From Octopus bimaculoides (Eukaryota): DNA of 63,763 bases. The stretch lies in NCBI RefSeq assembly GCF_001194135.2, contig NC_068990.1, positions 72,294,839 to 72,358,601 on the forward strand, written 5' to 3'. Of the stretch, positions 38,750 through 51,459 are shown piece by piece; the stretch's first letter is position 1, and every line of letters starts with the position of its first letter. The translations under genes were made by a program, and so were the position numbers. The notes beneath the pieces are model-generated. The model was not told the DNA's origin and made no database searches. It worked only from the letters and a program-made list of their open reading frames with translations.

Positions 38750-39275
38750 CGGCAGTGTGCTGGCAGAATGATTAACATGTCAGATAAAATGCTTAATACT
38801 ATTCCTTCTGGATCATTACATTCGGAGTTCAAATACTTCTGAGGTCATCTTTCATTCTTTCAAGATTAATAAAATAAAGAACCAATCAAGTCCTGAGATT
38901 GATGTAATTGCCTTGCCACCTTGAATCAAAATCTTTGGCGTTGTATCAAAATTAGAAAGAACTATTATTATCACCATTGTTGTTGCCATTGTAGTTGGTG
39001 GTATTATCATTATTATTATTGTTGATGTTGTTGTTGTTGCTGTTGTTATCATATAAGGCGACAAGCTGGCAGAATTGTTAGTGTGCTGGGTAAAATGCTG
39101 ACTGGCATTTTGTCTGTCTTCATGTTTTGAATTCAAATTCTTTTGGGACTGATTTTGTCTTTCATCTTTTCAGGGTCAATAAAATAAGAACCAGTTGAAT
39201 AGTTGAATACTGTGTTCGATGTAATTGAGTATCTCCGACTCCCAAAATTTCAGGTCTTGTGCCTATGATAAAAAG
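38750..39275 (+). mobile_element. Two SINE family A copies
   Basis: ggcagtgtgctggcagaatg (~38751) and ggcgacaagctggcagaattg (~39056), with cores and tails. Confidence 0.85.
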
Positions 39276-39276
39276 G

Positions 39277-39330
<54 letters not shown>

Positions 39331-39456
39331 TTATGTTTGACTTTTGTTTTGCATTTGTACAAGTTGGATCCAAGTCTCACCCAGAGACCTCAAGAGACAA
39401 CAAGTTAGAAGTTCATGTAGGTGTTATGCCTAGGGTACCATATATTTGGATTTGTA
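39331..39456 (-). mobile_element. Possible 3' UTR of a second R4/Dong-like family, cut by an assembly gap
   Basis: Unique segment whose minus-strand 3' end runs into (TAA)n at 39278-39330. Family assignment rests on recalled similarity only. Confidence 0.35.
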
Positions 39457-39963
39457 NNNNNNNNNNNNNNNNNNNNNNNNNNNNNNNNNNNNNNNNNNNN
39501 NNNNNNNNNNNNNNNNNNNNNNNNNNNNNNNNNNNNNNNNNNNNNNNNNNNNNNNNNNNNNNNNNNNNNNNNNNNNNNNNNNNNNNNNNNNNNNNNNNNN
39601 NNNNNNNNNNNNNNNNNNNNNNNNNNNNNNNNNNNNNNNNNNNNNNNNNNNNNNNNNNNNNNNNNNNNNNNNNNNNNNNNNNNNNNNNNNNNNNNNNNNN
39701 NNNNNNNNNNNNNNNNNNNNNNNNNNNNNNNNNNNNNNNNNNNNNNNNNNNNNNNNNNNNNNNNNNNNNNNNNNNNNNNNNNNNNNNNNNNNNNNNNNNN
39801 NNNNNNNNNNNNNNNNNNNNNNNNNNNNNNNNNNNNNNNNNNNNNNNNNNNNNNNNNNNNNNNNNNNNNNNNNNNNNNNNNNNNNNNNNNNNNNNNNNNN
39901 NNNNNNNNNGCCATGAGAGCCACTGTCTGGTACTGCATCAGGGTATTTACTATCATCATCATC

Positions 39964-39999
<36 letters not shown>

Positions 40000-40059
40000 T
40001 TCATCATCATCATCGTTGTCGTCTTCGTCATCATCATCATCATTCCTACTGGATTGTAG

Positions 40060-40690
40060 AATCATCAGGGTTTTGTGTAAAATACCTTGCTATATTTACT
40101 TCTCGCTCTTTATATTCAAGAGTTCAAATCCCACCAAGGTCAAATTTGCCTTTAATCCCTTCAGGGTCATTTTAAGTACTGGGATTGATGATATCAATTA
40201 AACTTTTTCGCTCAAAATTGCTTATATTTTAATTCAATTAGAAACAATTAAGATGGCAAGCATTATTGTTTAGGGCAGTGGACTGATAGAAATTATTGTC
40301 TAGAGGAGAGGACTGATGGCATTGGACAAAATACCTAGTGGTATTCAACAATGATTCTTTATATACTGGGTTCAAATTTTGCTGATGTCAATTGTACTTA
40401 AGCCTTTCCTCTTTTTGAGGTCAATGAAATAAAGTGCCAGTCAAGTACTAGGGTCAATTGAATTGACTAACCCTCTTCCCTGAAAGGCTTAGCATTGATG
40501 TTAGAAACAATTATAAAATGGATCAGCAAAATTGTTTGAGGATCAAATAAAGTGTCTTGTAATTATTCCAGCTGTTTGTGTTCCATCAAGATCAAATTTG
40601 CCTCTCAGCCTTCAAGGGTCAATAGAATAAAGTACCATTCAAATTACTGGTGTTGATGTAATTTGTTGCTACTATGCAAAAGTGTTGTAA
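40060..40690 (+). mobile_element. Three degenerate SINE family A copies
   Basis: Repeated gttcaaat..tttgcc..ggtcaat..aataaagt.cc motifs near 40120, 40370 and 40590. Confidence 0.65.
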
Positions 40691-41079
40691 GTCCAAAATG
40701 TTGCTTTTTTAGAAAAGGAAAAAATAGTTTCACCATTCTGTAGCAGAACCTTTGTATTAAACTTTGACAATTTTTGATATCTTGGCATGTAAAGCAGCTG
40801 GCGATACAATAGTTTGACCAAAAGAACCGATTATTGTAAGCAAAAAAAAAAAAAAAATTGAAAAATATGCATTTGGCCAAATTTGGACATATGACAGTTT
40901 AACATAATAGCAACTAATTGATTGTTCTTCTACCTTAAATTTCGGGCTCGGTGCCTAATTTAGAAACAACTGTTATTGTTGTTGCTCATATTGAACTATT
41001 CTTGGAAATGTTACATGATTGTTAGTGGGCAAGTGGAATGGCATTTCAGACCCTCCCTGGAATTGCGAGAGAATAACCA

Positions 41080-42378
41080 GTAGAAGAGAGTAAGAACTCT
41101 CTGAACTTTGCCCAGGCTATTCTTGTTCTAGCAGCTACACTTTCAGCACACCCACCCCCACTACTAACTTGGTCACCCAGATAGCGGAAGCTATCAACTA
41201 CCTCTAGTTTTTCTCCCTGGAATGAGACAGAAGTTGTTTCCTGTTTGTTTACAGTGTTTATTGCACCTGAACATCTGCCACATACAAAAACTAACTTCCT
41301 AGTTAACCTGCCTTTGATATTGCTGCACCTCTTATGTGTCCATAGCATGCACTGGGTACATCTTTTAGAGTTACTACCTACTCCTCTTCTACATACTGAG
41401 CANNNNNNNNNNNNNNNNNNNNNNNNNNNNNNNNNNNNNNNNNNNNNNNNNNNNNNNNNNNNNNNNNNNNNNNNNNNNNNNNNNNNNNNNNNNNNNNNNN
41501 NNNNNNNNNNNNNNNNNNNNNNNNNNNNNNNNNNNNNNNNNNNNNNNNNNNNNNNNNNNNNNNNNNNNNNNNNNNNNNNNNNNNNNNNNNNNNNNNNNNN
41601 NNNNNNNNNNNNNNNNNNNNNNNNNNNNNNNNNNNNNNNNNNNNNNNNNNNNNNNNNNNNNNNNNNNNNNNNNNNNNNNNNNNNNNNNNNNNNNNNNNNN
41701 NNNNNNNNNNNNNNNNNNNNNNNNNNNNNNNNNNNNNNNNNNNNNNNNNNNNNNNNNNNNNNNNNNNNNNNNNNNNNNNNNNNNNNNNNNNNNNNNNNNN
41801 NNNNNNNNNNNNNNNNNNNNNNNNNNNNNNNNNNNNNNNNNNNNNNNNNNNNNNNNNNNNNNNNNNNNNNNNNNNNNNNNNNNNNNNNNNNNNNNNNNNN
41901 NNNNNNNNNNNNNNNNNNNNNNNNNNNNNNNNNNNNNNNNNNNNNNNNNNNNNNNNNNNNNNNNNNNNNNNNNNNNNNNNNNNNNNNNNNNNNNNNNNNN
42001 NNNNNNNNNNNNNNNNNNNNNNNNNNNNNNNNNNNNNNNNNNNNNNNNNNNNNNNNNNNNNNNNNNNNNNNNNNNNNNNNNNNNNNNNNNNNNNNNNNNN
42101 NNNNNNNNNNNNNNNNNNNNNNNNNNNNNNNNNNNNNNNNNNNNNNNNNNNNNGGCTAAGTATTTCTCCTGCAGCTGTCTTACTAGAAATATGGCATCAG
42201 TGGTGCTTTTACCTGGCATGAACCCAAACTGCATCTCATCTAAGTTGATTCGCTCCCTAATTAGTTGGGCTATGACCCTATCCGTAACTTTCATAACCTG
42301 ATCTAACAGCTTAATGCCTTTGTAATTATTTGTATATCTAAAGCGTCACCTTTACCTTTGTAGCAGTTGACTATGGAT
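41080..42378 (-). mobile_element. RTE-clade LINE reverse transcriptase fragment spanning an N gap
   Basis: YKGKGDAL, DEMQFGFMPGKSTTDAIFLVRQLQEKY (RT subdomains) before the gap; EVVDSFRYLGDQV...ARTRIAWAKFRE after it. A frameshift lies near 42320. Confidence 0.9.
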
Positions 42379-42380
42379 AC

Positions 42381-42441
<61 letters not shown>

Positions 42442-42443
<2 letters not shown>

Positions 42444-42752
42444 GGCAGGTGGTTTTGTAGTTAGGGTATCTGGTTCATGATCACAAGGTTGTGAGTTCAA
42501 TTCATGGTGATGCATTGTGTCCTTGAACAAGACACTTTATTTCATGTTGCTCCAATCCACTCAGCTGGTAAAACCTGTATTTCAAAGGGCCAATCTTGTC
42601 ACATTCTGTGTCACACTGAATCTCCCTGAGAGCTACCTTAAGAGTACATCTGTTTGTGGAGTGCTCAGCCACATGCACATTAATTTCCTGAGCAGGCTGT
42701 TCCTTTGATTAGATCAACTGGAACACTTATTGTTGTAACCAACAGAATGCCA
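42442..42752 (+). mobile_element. SINE family C, near full length
   Basis: tRNA-like head (gtagttagg..gagttcaattc), tgtgtccttgaacaagacactt core, and 3' domain gagcaggctgttcc..gatcaactggaac. Confidence 0.85.
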
Positions 42753-42776
42753 GTCCTACATATATGTATATATGTG

Positions 42777-42829
<53 letters not shown>

Positions 42830-43795
42830 NNNNNNNNNNNNNNNNNNNNNNNNNNNNNNNNNNNGAACATATGCATATCTACATACAAACACAAACTCCA
42901 GTACTCTTTTTCAATCTTTATAAACTCACACGCCTGTTCTTTTCTGTTGCTACTCACCTTCACTCACCCCATACATTGAGGATCAATCCAGGAACCTCAT
43001 CACTCTATTTTGTTACAGTAGTTCAATGCCTTGAAGATGTAGACATCCCTTCCAAACCAAATTCAGCTTTGAAACCTGGAGTTACTTTACCCTGATTATA
43101 AATTCACATTTATATAAATAATTATTGGTATATGTAGTAAAGGTCTAAGTGGAAGTCTGGAAATGTTAGGATTCAGGAATAAACAAAGAGACTGGCTAAC
43201 ATGTCTTTTACAAAATACAATCTGTAAAAGGAATAGTAAATATATGCAAGACTTTTAGTAAAGGAGCTTTTTTTCTTTGTTAGAAAACAGTTTCTTTCTT
43301 CTAGAAGAACTCTAAAACATAAAAAAACCATAAAGTCATATATATATATATATATATACATAGACAAATACATACTTATATTTGTGCAGACATTCACACA
43401 CACTTGTATCCATACATATATACACACAAATAAATACACAGACACAGATTTATACATACATACAAGCGTACATACATTCATACACAGACACATATACATA
43501 CAAACACACAGGCATACACATATAAAATTGTTGTTGTTATGGCCAAGTGCTGGAACATTCTAGATAGTCCTAACAATAATCAATTGATATTTTAACTGTC
43601 CTAAACACAATTTAGATCAATATAAAGTATCTATTTTTTTTCTTTTTTAGTTATCAATATTGAAGAATTTTTGTTATCATTGAATATGAAGATGTGGGAC
43701 AGCCTCATAGACTGTAGATTGTGATGCTTGTGGTAGTATTAAAGGTGGTGCTGATGATCATGATGATGATGGCAGTAGTGTTGTTGCTGGTGCTG

Positions 43796-43827
<32 letters not shown>

Positions 43828-44434
43828 AGTGGTGGTGGCAGTGGCAGCGATGTTGGTGAAGGTGGTGTTTGTGGCATTACACCTGAGACAATTCCCCTAC
43901 TTTTTTTTTTTATATCTGCAACGCAATGTATCAAAGATTACTGTTTTTTAATGTATTCCTCCATTCTTTTAAAATAAGATTTGAGGAAGATGTGGCTGCT
44001 ATTTTTAAGTGCACTGAGGCTTGGTTGTTGATTCATAATTTTTGATAATATCAATCAATGATGGTTTGGAATTGTTATCTATGCTTCTGTCACATTGCTT
44101 TTATCTTTTTTCTCTGTGGGGTTGTTTGCTCTACATAAACCCATTTTTAACTCTGGGAAGTGATAGTCTTTATTAATCCTATCCTTTGACCTGTCCAGAA
44201 AGAGAGGCCCTTCCAGGAGCTTGCACTCCACTGGCATTGCTTACAGGATCACTGAAGCACAAAAGCTGCAACACTATGACAAAGATGGAACTTTGTGGTG
44301 GATAGATTGATAATCCTTTATCAGAAATATTGAAATCCAAAGATCCCCAAACTCTAAAAGTTTTACTAGCGAGAGAGGCACCACAACTGGAAAATTACGG
44401 AAGGTGGTGTAATATTATTTCTTGGCAATGTAAG

Positions 44435-44640
44435 ATGGCAAGCTGGCAGAATCGTTAGCATGCTAGCAAAATGCTTAGCAGCATTTCATCTGTTTTTACG
44501 TTCTGAGCTCAAATTCCACCAAGGTTGACTTTGCCTTCCATCCTTTTGAGTCAATAAAATAAGCACCAGCTGAATCCTGGGATTGATATAATCGACTCCC
44601 CTTGCCCACAAGAAAAAAATTTTCTGGCTTTGTGAATAAT
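44435..44640 (+). mobile_element. SINE family A
   Basis: gatggcaagctggcagaatcgttagcatgc...ttctgagctcaaattccaccaaggttgactttgccttccatcc. Confidence 0.85.
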
Positions 44641-44819
44641 ATTCATCATATTTTGTAACACATCCCATCTGGAACATGGAACTTCATCAGAGTGAAAAAA
44701 TACATAAAATAAGAGGAAAGATGTTTTTTGATTCATTATAAGTGTTGCTTAATATATTTTGCTAAAATTGCATTTTCTTTTGAGATATCATCAGGAAAAG
44801 GTAATTAAAATTCATTAAA

Positions 44820-45556
44820 ATGACAGATCTATCAGACTTTCAAAGAAGTCAAATTGTTGGTGCTTGGATAGCAGGCGCTAGCGTAACGCAAATAGCTGAA
44901 ATGTTTGGTGTATCAAGAAGTACTGTCTCGAAAGTAATGAAAGCCTTTGAGAAAGAGGAAAAAACCTCTTCGTCAAAACAAAACTCCTGAAGAAAACCAA
45001 AACTTTCAGATAGGGACCATTGGACTCCTATGCAAATTGTTAGAAAGGATTACAAAAGTACAGCTCCTAAAATTACTAGAGAGCTTAATGACCACCTTGA
45101 GAACTCAGTTTCCACAAAAACTGTTCGCCAGGAGCTGCACAAAGCTGCAATCAGAAAACCACTACTTTCAAAAACAAAAACAAACATTGCAAAGCATTTA
45201 GAGTGGAGTAAAAACCTACAAAATTGGTTCCTAGAGCAGTAGGAAAATGTTATTTTCTGGGACGAGTCATCCTTTACCTTATTTCCAACCACCGGCCGAG
45301 TATATGTGTGGAGACAGCCAAAAGAAGCATTTGACCCAGACTTCCTTCTTCCAACTGTTAAACATGGAGGTGGATCTGTGATGATCTGGGGTGCTATATC
45401 TTGGAAATCCGCCAGCCCAATGGTTTCCCTTTATGGCAGAATTAATAGTCAAGACTATTTAAGCATTTTATCTGATCAAATTCATCCTATGGTTGTGGAA
45501 CTGTTTCAGAGGGAAACACAATCTTCCAGGATGATATTGCACCAATTCACACAGCT
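44820..45556 (+). pseudogene. Tc1-family transposase pseudogene, 3'-interrupted by a Penelope-like element
   Basis: MTDLSDFQRSQIVGAW..GVSRSTVSKV (HTH), VIFWDESSF (first D), TVKHGGGSVMIWG, frameshifted FQDDIAPIH (second D). Two in-frame stops; the third catalytic residue is missing. Confidence 0.9.
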
Positions 45557-46515
45557 CAACTTCAATTCCCACCATCCATACAGTGTAAAGAGATGGATTG
45601 CTCAGTGCCTAAAACATCAAGCAAAGAATATAAGTAGTGATCCTGATACACACCACGAAGAAATGATCAAGCTAAGTAACAATCTATTAAGCAACAACTA
45701 CCCCAAAAACATACTATCCACTCCAATTATAAGGAAAAGAGAGGATGAAACCCATAAACGGACTACAGTCTGTCTACCCTATGTGAAAGGCCTCTCCAAA
45801 AAGATACAAAAGATATGCAGCCCATATGATATCAAGACAGTATTCAAGAGTAATACAAGACTTTGCAAATATTTCCTTCAAGTAAAACCACTAATAGAAG
45901 AGAATATGACTAAAGACTGTGTGTACTCCATCCCATGCAGTTGTGGTAGGTTATACAAAGGCTTAACATGCCGCCCCCTCAAAATAAGGGTAGACAAACA
46001 TCGCAAAGCTGTGACTTGAGGAGATATTGATAAATCGGGTACAGCTGATCATGCATGGAAAAATGGAGACTACCTGCCCTTGTAAGATGAAGTTAAAATA
46101 ATAGATAGAGAACACCACTTGAAAACACGAAAACAAAAAGAAGCAGCACATATGCTAGGATGTAATAACCTCCTAAGCAGACCAAGTGCAAATATGAATA
46201 GCATATGGGAACTGGTATTAAGGAGGGATAGAAAAATATTAGATTTATAGGACCTAAAATTCACTCCATAATTACCCACAGGCATATGGCATAGTGGTTA
46301 AGAGCACGGGCTACTAATCCCAAGATTCTGAGTTTGATTTGAGGCAGTGACCTGAATAATAATAATAATAACATTGAAAAATATCTTAGGAATGAGAACC
46401 CAGGTTCGAAATTTTCCCAAGACACCTGATGAAGGCTGGAGGATATATCAACTGAAACGTTGTTTTAACAACAAACAAGATGAGGACAAATATCTGTCAA
46501 ATGTAAATAATGTAC
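45555..46515 (+). mobile_element. 5'-truncated Penelope-like element: RT thumb, GIY-YIG endonuclease and 3' terminus
   Basis: LNFNSHHPYSVK (thumb), LPYVKGLS, VYSIPCSCGRLYKGLT.RPLKIRVDKH (GIY-YIG), then ADHAW after a stop; followed by a hammerhead-bearing terminus. Confidence 0.9.
46421..46466 (+). ncRNA. Decayed minimal hammerhead ribozyme motif in the PLE terminus
   Basis: gacac-CTGATGA-a-ggctg..caact-GAAA-cg-tt-gtttt: intact core, mismatches in stems I and II. Confidence 0.65.
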
Positions 46516-46542
46516 ATACATATATATATATGTATATATATA

Positions 46543-47290
46543 CTCTTTTATTCATTTCAGTCATTTGACTGTGGCCATACTGGAGCACTGCCTTTAGTCA
46601 AACAAATCAACCCCAGGACTTATTCTTTGTAAGCCTAGTACTTATTCTATCAGTGCCTTGTGCTGAAGCGCTAAATTACGGGGACATAAACNNNNNNNNN
46701 NNNNNNNNNNNNNNNNNNNNNNNNNNNNNNNNNNNNNNNNNNNNNNNNNNNNNNNNNNNNNNNNNNNNNNNNNNNNNNNNNNNNNNNNNNNNNNNNNNNN
46801 NNNNNNNNNNNNNNNNNNNNNNNNNNNNNNNNNNNNNNNNNNNNNNNNNNNNNNNNNNNNNNNNNNNNNNNNNNNNNNNNNNNNNNNNNNNNNNNNNNNN
46901 NNNNNNNNNNNNNNNNNNNNNNNNNNNNNNNNNNNNNNNNNNNNNNNNNNNNNNNNNNNNNNNNNNNNNNNNNNNNNNNNNNNNNNNNNNNNNNNNNNNN
47001 NNNNNNNNNNNNNNNNNNNNNNNNNNNNNNNNNNNNNNNNNNNNNNNNNNNNNNNNNNNNNNNNNNNNNNNNNNNNNNNNNNNNNNNNNNNNNNNNNNNN
47101 NNNNNNNNNNTATATATATATATATATATATATATAATAGACTTCTTTCAGTTTCCATCTACCAAATCCACTCACAAGACTTGGGTCGGCCTGAGATTAT
47201 AGTAGAAGATACTTGCCCAAGGTGCCACACAGTGGGACTGAATCCAGAACCATGTGGTTAGGAAGCAAGCTTCTCACCACACAGCCACAT
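46543..47290 (-). mobile_element. SINE family B spanning an N gap at its internal microsatellite
   Basis: Tail 46543-46691 and head 47111-47290 lie in consistent orientation on either side of the gap. Confidence 0.85.
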
Positions 47291-48142
47291 GCATACTTGT
47301 ATATATATCAGTGGGTGGTGTGTCTCTGTTGCATTTGTTTGCCCCACTACCACTCAATGATCGGTGTTGGTTTGTTTATGTTCCTATAAATTCATTGTTC
47401 AGTAAAAGAGATCAATAGAAGAAGAACCAGGTTTCAGATAAAGAATTATCATTACTAACCTGTACTTATAATATTTCAGTATTGTTACAAATCATGACAA
47501 GTGTCTATGTTATATTGATAAGACACAGGTGTGGTTGCAAGGTAAGAAGCTCAATTTGCAATAATGTAGTTTTGAATTTAATCCTGCTGTGTTAAATCTT
47601 AGGCAAGTATCTTCTATAACCTCTTAGTACATAATAATTTGAGTGAATTTGGTAGACAGAAATTGTACAAAACTCATCAAGCTTGTTGAACCTGTCAAGT
47701 TTGTTGAGCTTGTCTAGCTTTTGAAGTTTGTCTCAGATGTATATGAGTTGATGGCTGCCCATAGGACACAAACCCACATCTGTAAACATGGGGGTTGTTT
47801 TACCATTGGACCAAAGCAATCCTTTGAATTTCTCTATCTAATCCATTTTAGAAATTTTATTTCTTACCAGGGTAAACAGTATGTTTGTTGATGTTATAAA
47901 AATTTATGAACTTTCAAGAAAACACGGAATAATTCTTCTTCGAACTGGTTCTTGAAGTATGTGAATATTGGTTTGAAAAACCCTTTTGGATATAAAAAGC
48001 AAAGACTGCCCTTTGCACTTAGACCCTCATCTCCTGTAAACATTCTATCATGGTACAAAACACTCCTTTGAATTTTTCTCTCCATTTCAGACACTTCATT
48101 CTTTCCAGTGAGAAATATGTTGTTGACATCATAAGAATTCAT

Positions 48143-48468
48143 AAGGTTCCAGATTCAGTCCCACTGCATGGCACTTAGGGCAGGTGTCTTCTTCTATAGC
48201 TTTGGGTTGACCAAAACCTCGTGAGTGTATTCAATAAATGGAAACTGAAAGAAACCTGTCATATATATGTATATATGTATTTATGTGTGTGTGTGTGTCC
48301 TTGTTGATGTGTTTATGTCCCCCATAAGTTAGCAGTTCAGCGAAAGAGACCAATAGAGTAAGTACTAGGCTTATAAAAAGTAAGTACTGGGTTTGAGACA
48401 TTCAACTGAAAATTTGTCAAGGCAGTACCCCAGCATAGCCGCAATCTAATGAAAAAAGTAAAAGATAA
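48143..48468 (+). mobile_element. SINE family B
   Basis: ttcagtcccactgcatggcac..ggaaactgaaagaaacctgtc (TA/TG)n ..taagttagcagttcagc..cccagcatagccgcaatc. Confidence 0.85.
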
Positions 48469-50049
48469 ATACTTTGAGAGAACATGAAATAATTCTTTTT
48501 TAGAACGATGAAGCTCAAAGCTTCAGGGCTGATAAGATAAGTACCAGTTGACCATTGGGGTCAATGTAATTGACTTAGCCTTTTCCTCAAAATTACTGAC
48601 CTTGTGCCTAAATATGCAACCAATATATATATATATATATATACACATAAATATATATGTATATACACATACATATATATACATATATATATGTATATGT
48701 GTGTATGTATGCACATATATATGTGTGTGTACAGTGTATACATATATATATATATATATATATTCACTCAACCACAACAGTCACATTTAACTATATCACC
48801 TTTAATCTTTCATGTAAATATAGCAGCAACAATCTTGCATTCAGCCATAGAATATCTTGTCTTCCATTCAACCATAACATTGCTAGCCCATCTCTCTCTC
48901 CTCTTTCAATCAACCATACCATTTCTAGTCTTCCATTTTATTTAACCTAACCATCACTAAATATTTTGTTTTTGCTGATGCAGACCCATTCTAGTTTTTT
49001 TAATTGTGTGTGTGTGTGTGTTTGTGTGCACATGTGGGGGGAGGAGGAGGAGTTATTATTCACATCTTCTATTTAATCCTATTTAATCTGTAGTCTCTAA
49101 TCTTTCATATAACACTTACACTTTTCTGTCATCATTCCCCTAAACCAGCTGAGGTGTAGTTTATGAATCTAGTTCATATATCTATAACATTGTTGATACA
49201 CACACACACACACACACACATGAACAAAAATATATATGTAACATTGCTGACACTTATAGCATCAAAACAACCCCTAAATTCATTTTACTCGTTGAAGTTT
49301 TCTCATTCTGTTTTATACATATCACTCATAGCTTTTAAACTCCTTTTGTCTGCACTGAACTACAATTTCCACAAATATTTTACAACACTTTGTTGCTACA
49401 CTTTTTTTTTCTGTAATATTATTTATATTATTTTCTTGCAGAAAAAAAAATAAACAAAAAAAAGAAAAACCAGAAAACCTACAACAACAAAAAGAAAAAA
49501 GAAAAAGAAAGTTGTTTTGATCTACAATCTCCATTAATAATCTCTGTTTACATATTGCTATATTTGTTGAAAATCGAAGATAAAGCATGAAGATATATCA
49601 TACAATTGATGAATTAGATGTTTTTTCTTATTTTATTTATTATTATTATTATCATTATTATTATTATTATTATCATTATTATTATTATTATTATTTTTTT
49701 TTTTTTTNNNNNNNNNNNNNNNNNNNNNNNNNNNNNNNNNNNNNNNNNNNNNNNNNNNNNNNNNNNNNNNNNNNNNNNNNNNNNNCAGCTTCACCACCCC
49801 ACTCAACCATCCATCTCTGAATCCTTTTCTCTGATTTCAAACATGTGTTGCCTATTTTTTCCTGTATGAAACCGCACAGATTGTCAAGGTTTTCCAGTTA
49901 TTATCATAAAGTTTATTTGCAAATAATAGACACTGTTATTCGTGGTAGCTTGTTTATTACCTGCATTCTTAATTCTATCCAGGAAAATGTGATATTTTGT
50001 GTGTTGTAAAATTAATGAAACAAAGCTATAATCTTGTCTTAATATTTGA

Positions 50050-50334
50050 AAATATTCTCTGTTTGCAATATATACATATATGCAAACACACATACACACT
50101 TGCATACACATACACAAATATACTTACAAACATATATATATATATATATATATGATGATATATATACATACATACATATATACACATACATATATCCATA
50201 CATACGTACATACATTATATATATATATATCATATACAAAATATATATATATATACTGCAATAATATCTATCAATCTCTCTCTTTTTACACACATGCATG
50301 CACACACACACACACACACACGCACGCATGCACG

Positions 50335-50427
<93 letters not shown>

Positions 50428-50430
50428 GCA
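50050..50430. repeat. (TA)n/(CA)n microsatellite field
   Basis: Direct reading. Confidence 0.9.
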
Positions 50431-51368
50431 CATATCTGTATATATGTGTATGTTGTTATCATTTTCAGTCTATTTCAAAAGGAAACTGTTTGCTATTTCA
50501 GATTTCTTTTAATGTTTGTAGAATAATATTGGAATATAATGTTCTTGTGTTGTTTTGGAAGCTGTTATTTATGAGAGGAAGTGTATGTAGTCTTAGAATT
50601 AGACAGTAAAATTGTTAGACCTAAATGCGTTATTCTGAATGAAAATGTCAATGGAAAAGAGATTTGATGTAGATTAAAGCATAATATATCACGTTAACCC
50701 ATTAACTTCTGTTAACTTATGAAGAATGTGTGGTGAAGTTGGTTTTATAATATTATTTGTGATATTTTATTTTTTTTATATATAATATGCAATATTTATT
50801 GACTATTATATATGCCTAACTAAATTTGTGAGATGAATTATTGGTACTTATGGAAAATGTTTTTCCGGACTGTTAACCTCAAATTTTGAATGGTGCTGGA
50901 GGGGTGTTTTATTTTAGGACAGCAATACAAATAATTTTAAATGGATTAGTCTTCTTTCTTTTCTCGTGTGATGCTATGTATGTGTACTTGTACTGAAGCT
51001 AGGATTGAACTCACAAAATAAAAAATAAATTTTAAATGTGGTTATGTCAGTACCTTATTACCATTACTCTTCACAAAATAATGGTCTGTGTGTTCAATCC
51101 CCAACCTGGGCATGTTGAACTTCAACATATAAGGGGTAACCTGATGATGAATGATAAAAGAATTCTAAAGAATATATTTTACAAAATAAAATGAAAAACA
51201 AAATACATATAAAATAAAATGAATAAACTTAAGAAAACAAGAAAACTTGTTTAAAAAATTCACTTTGCAACTAACATAGTTTCAGGTTCAGTCCCACAGT
51301 GCAGCACCTTGCAAGAGTGTTATATATGTATGTACGTGTGTATGTATGTAAGTATGTATGTATGTATG

Positions 51369-51420
<52 letters not shown>

Positions 51421-51459
51421 GTTTTTGTATATTTATATATATGTATATTTATCTTTTAT

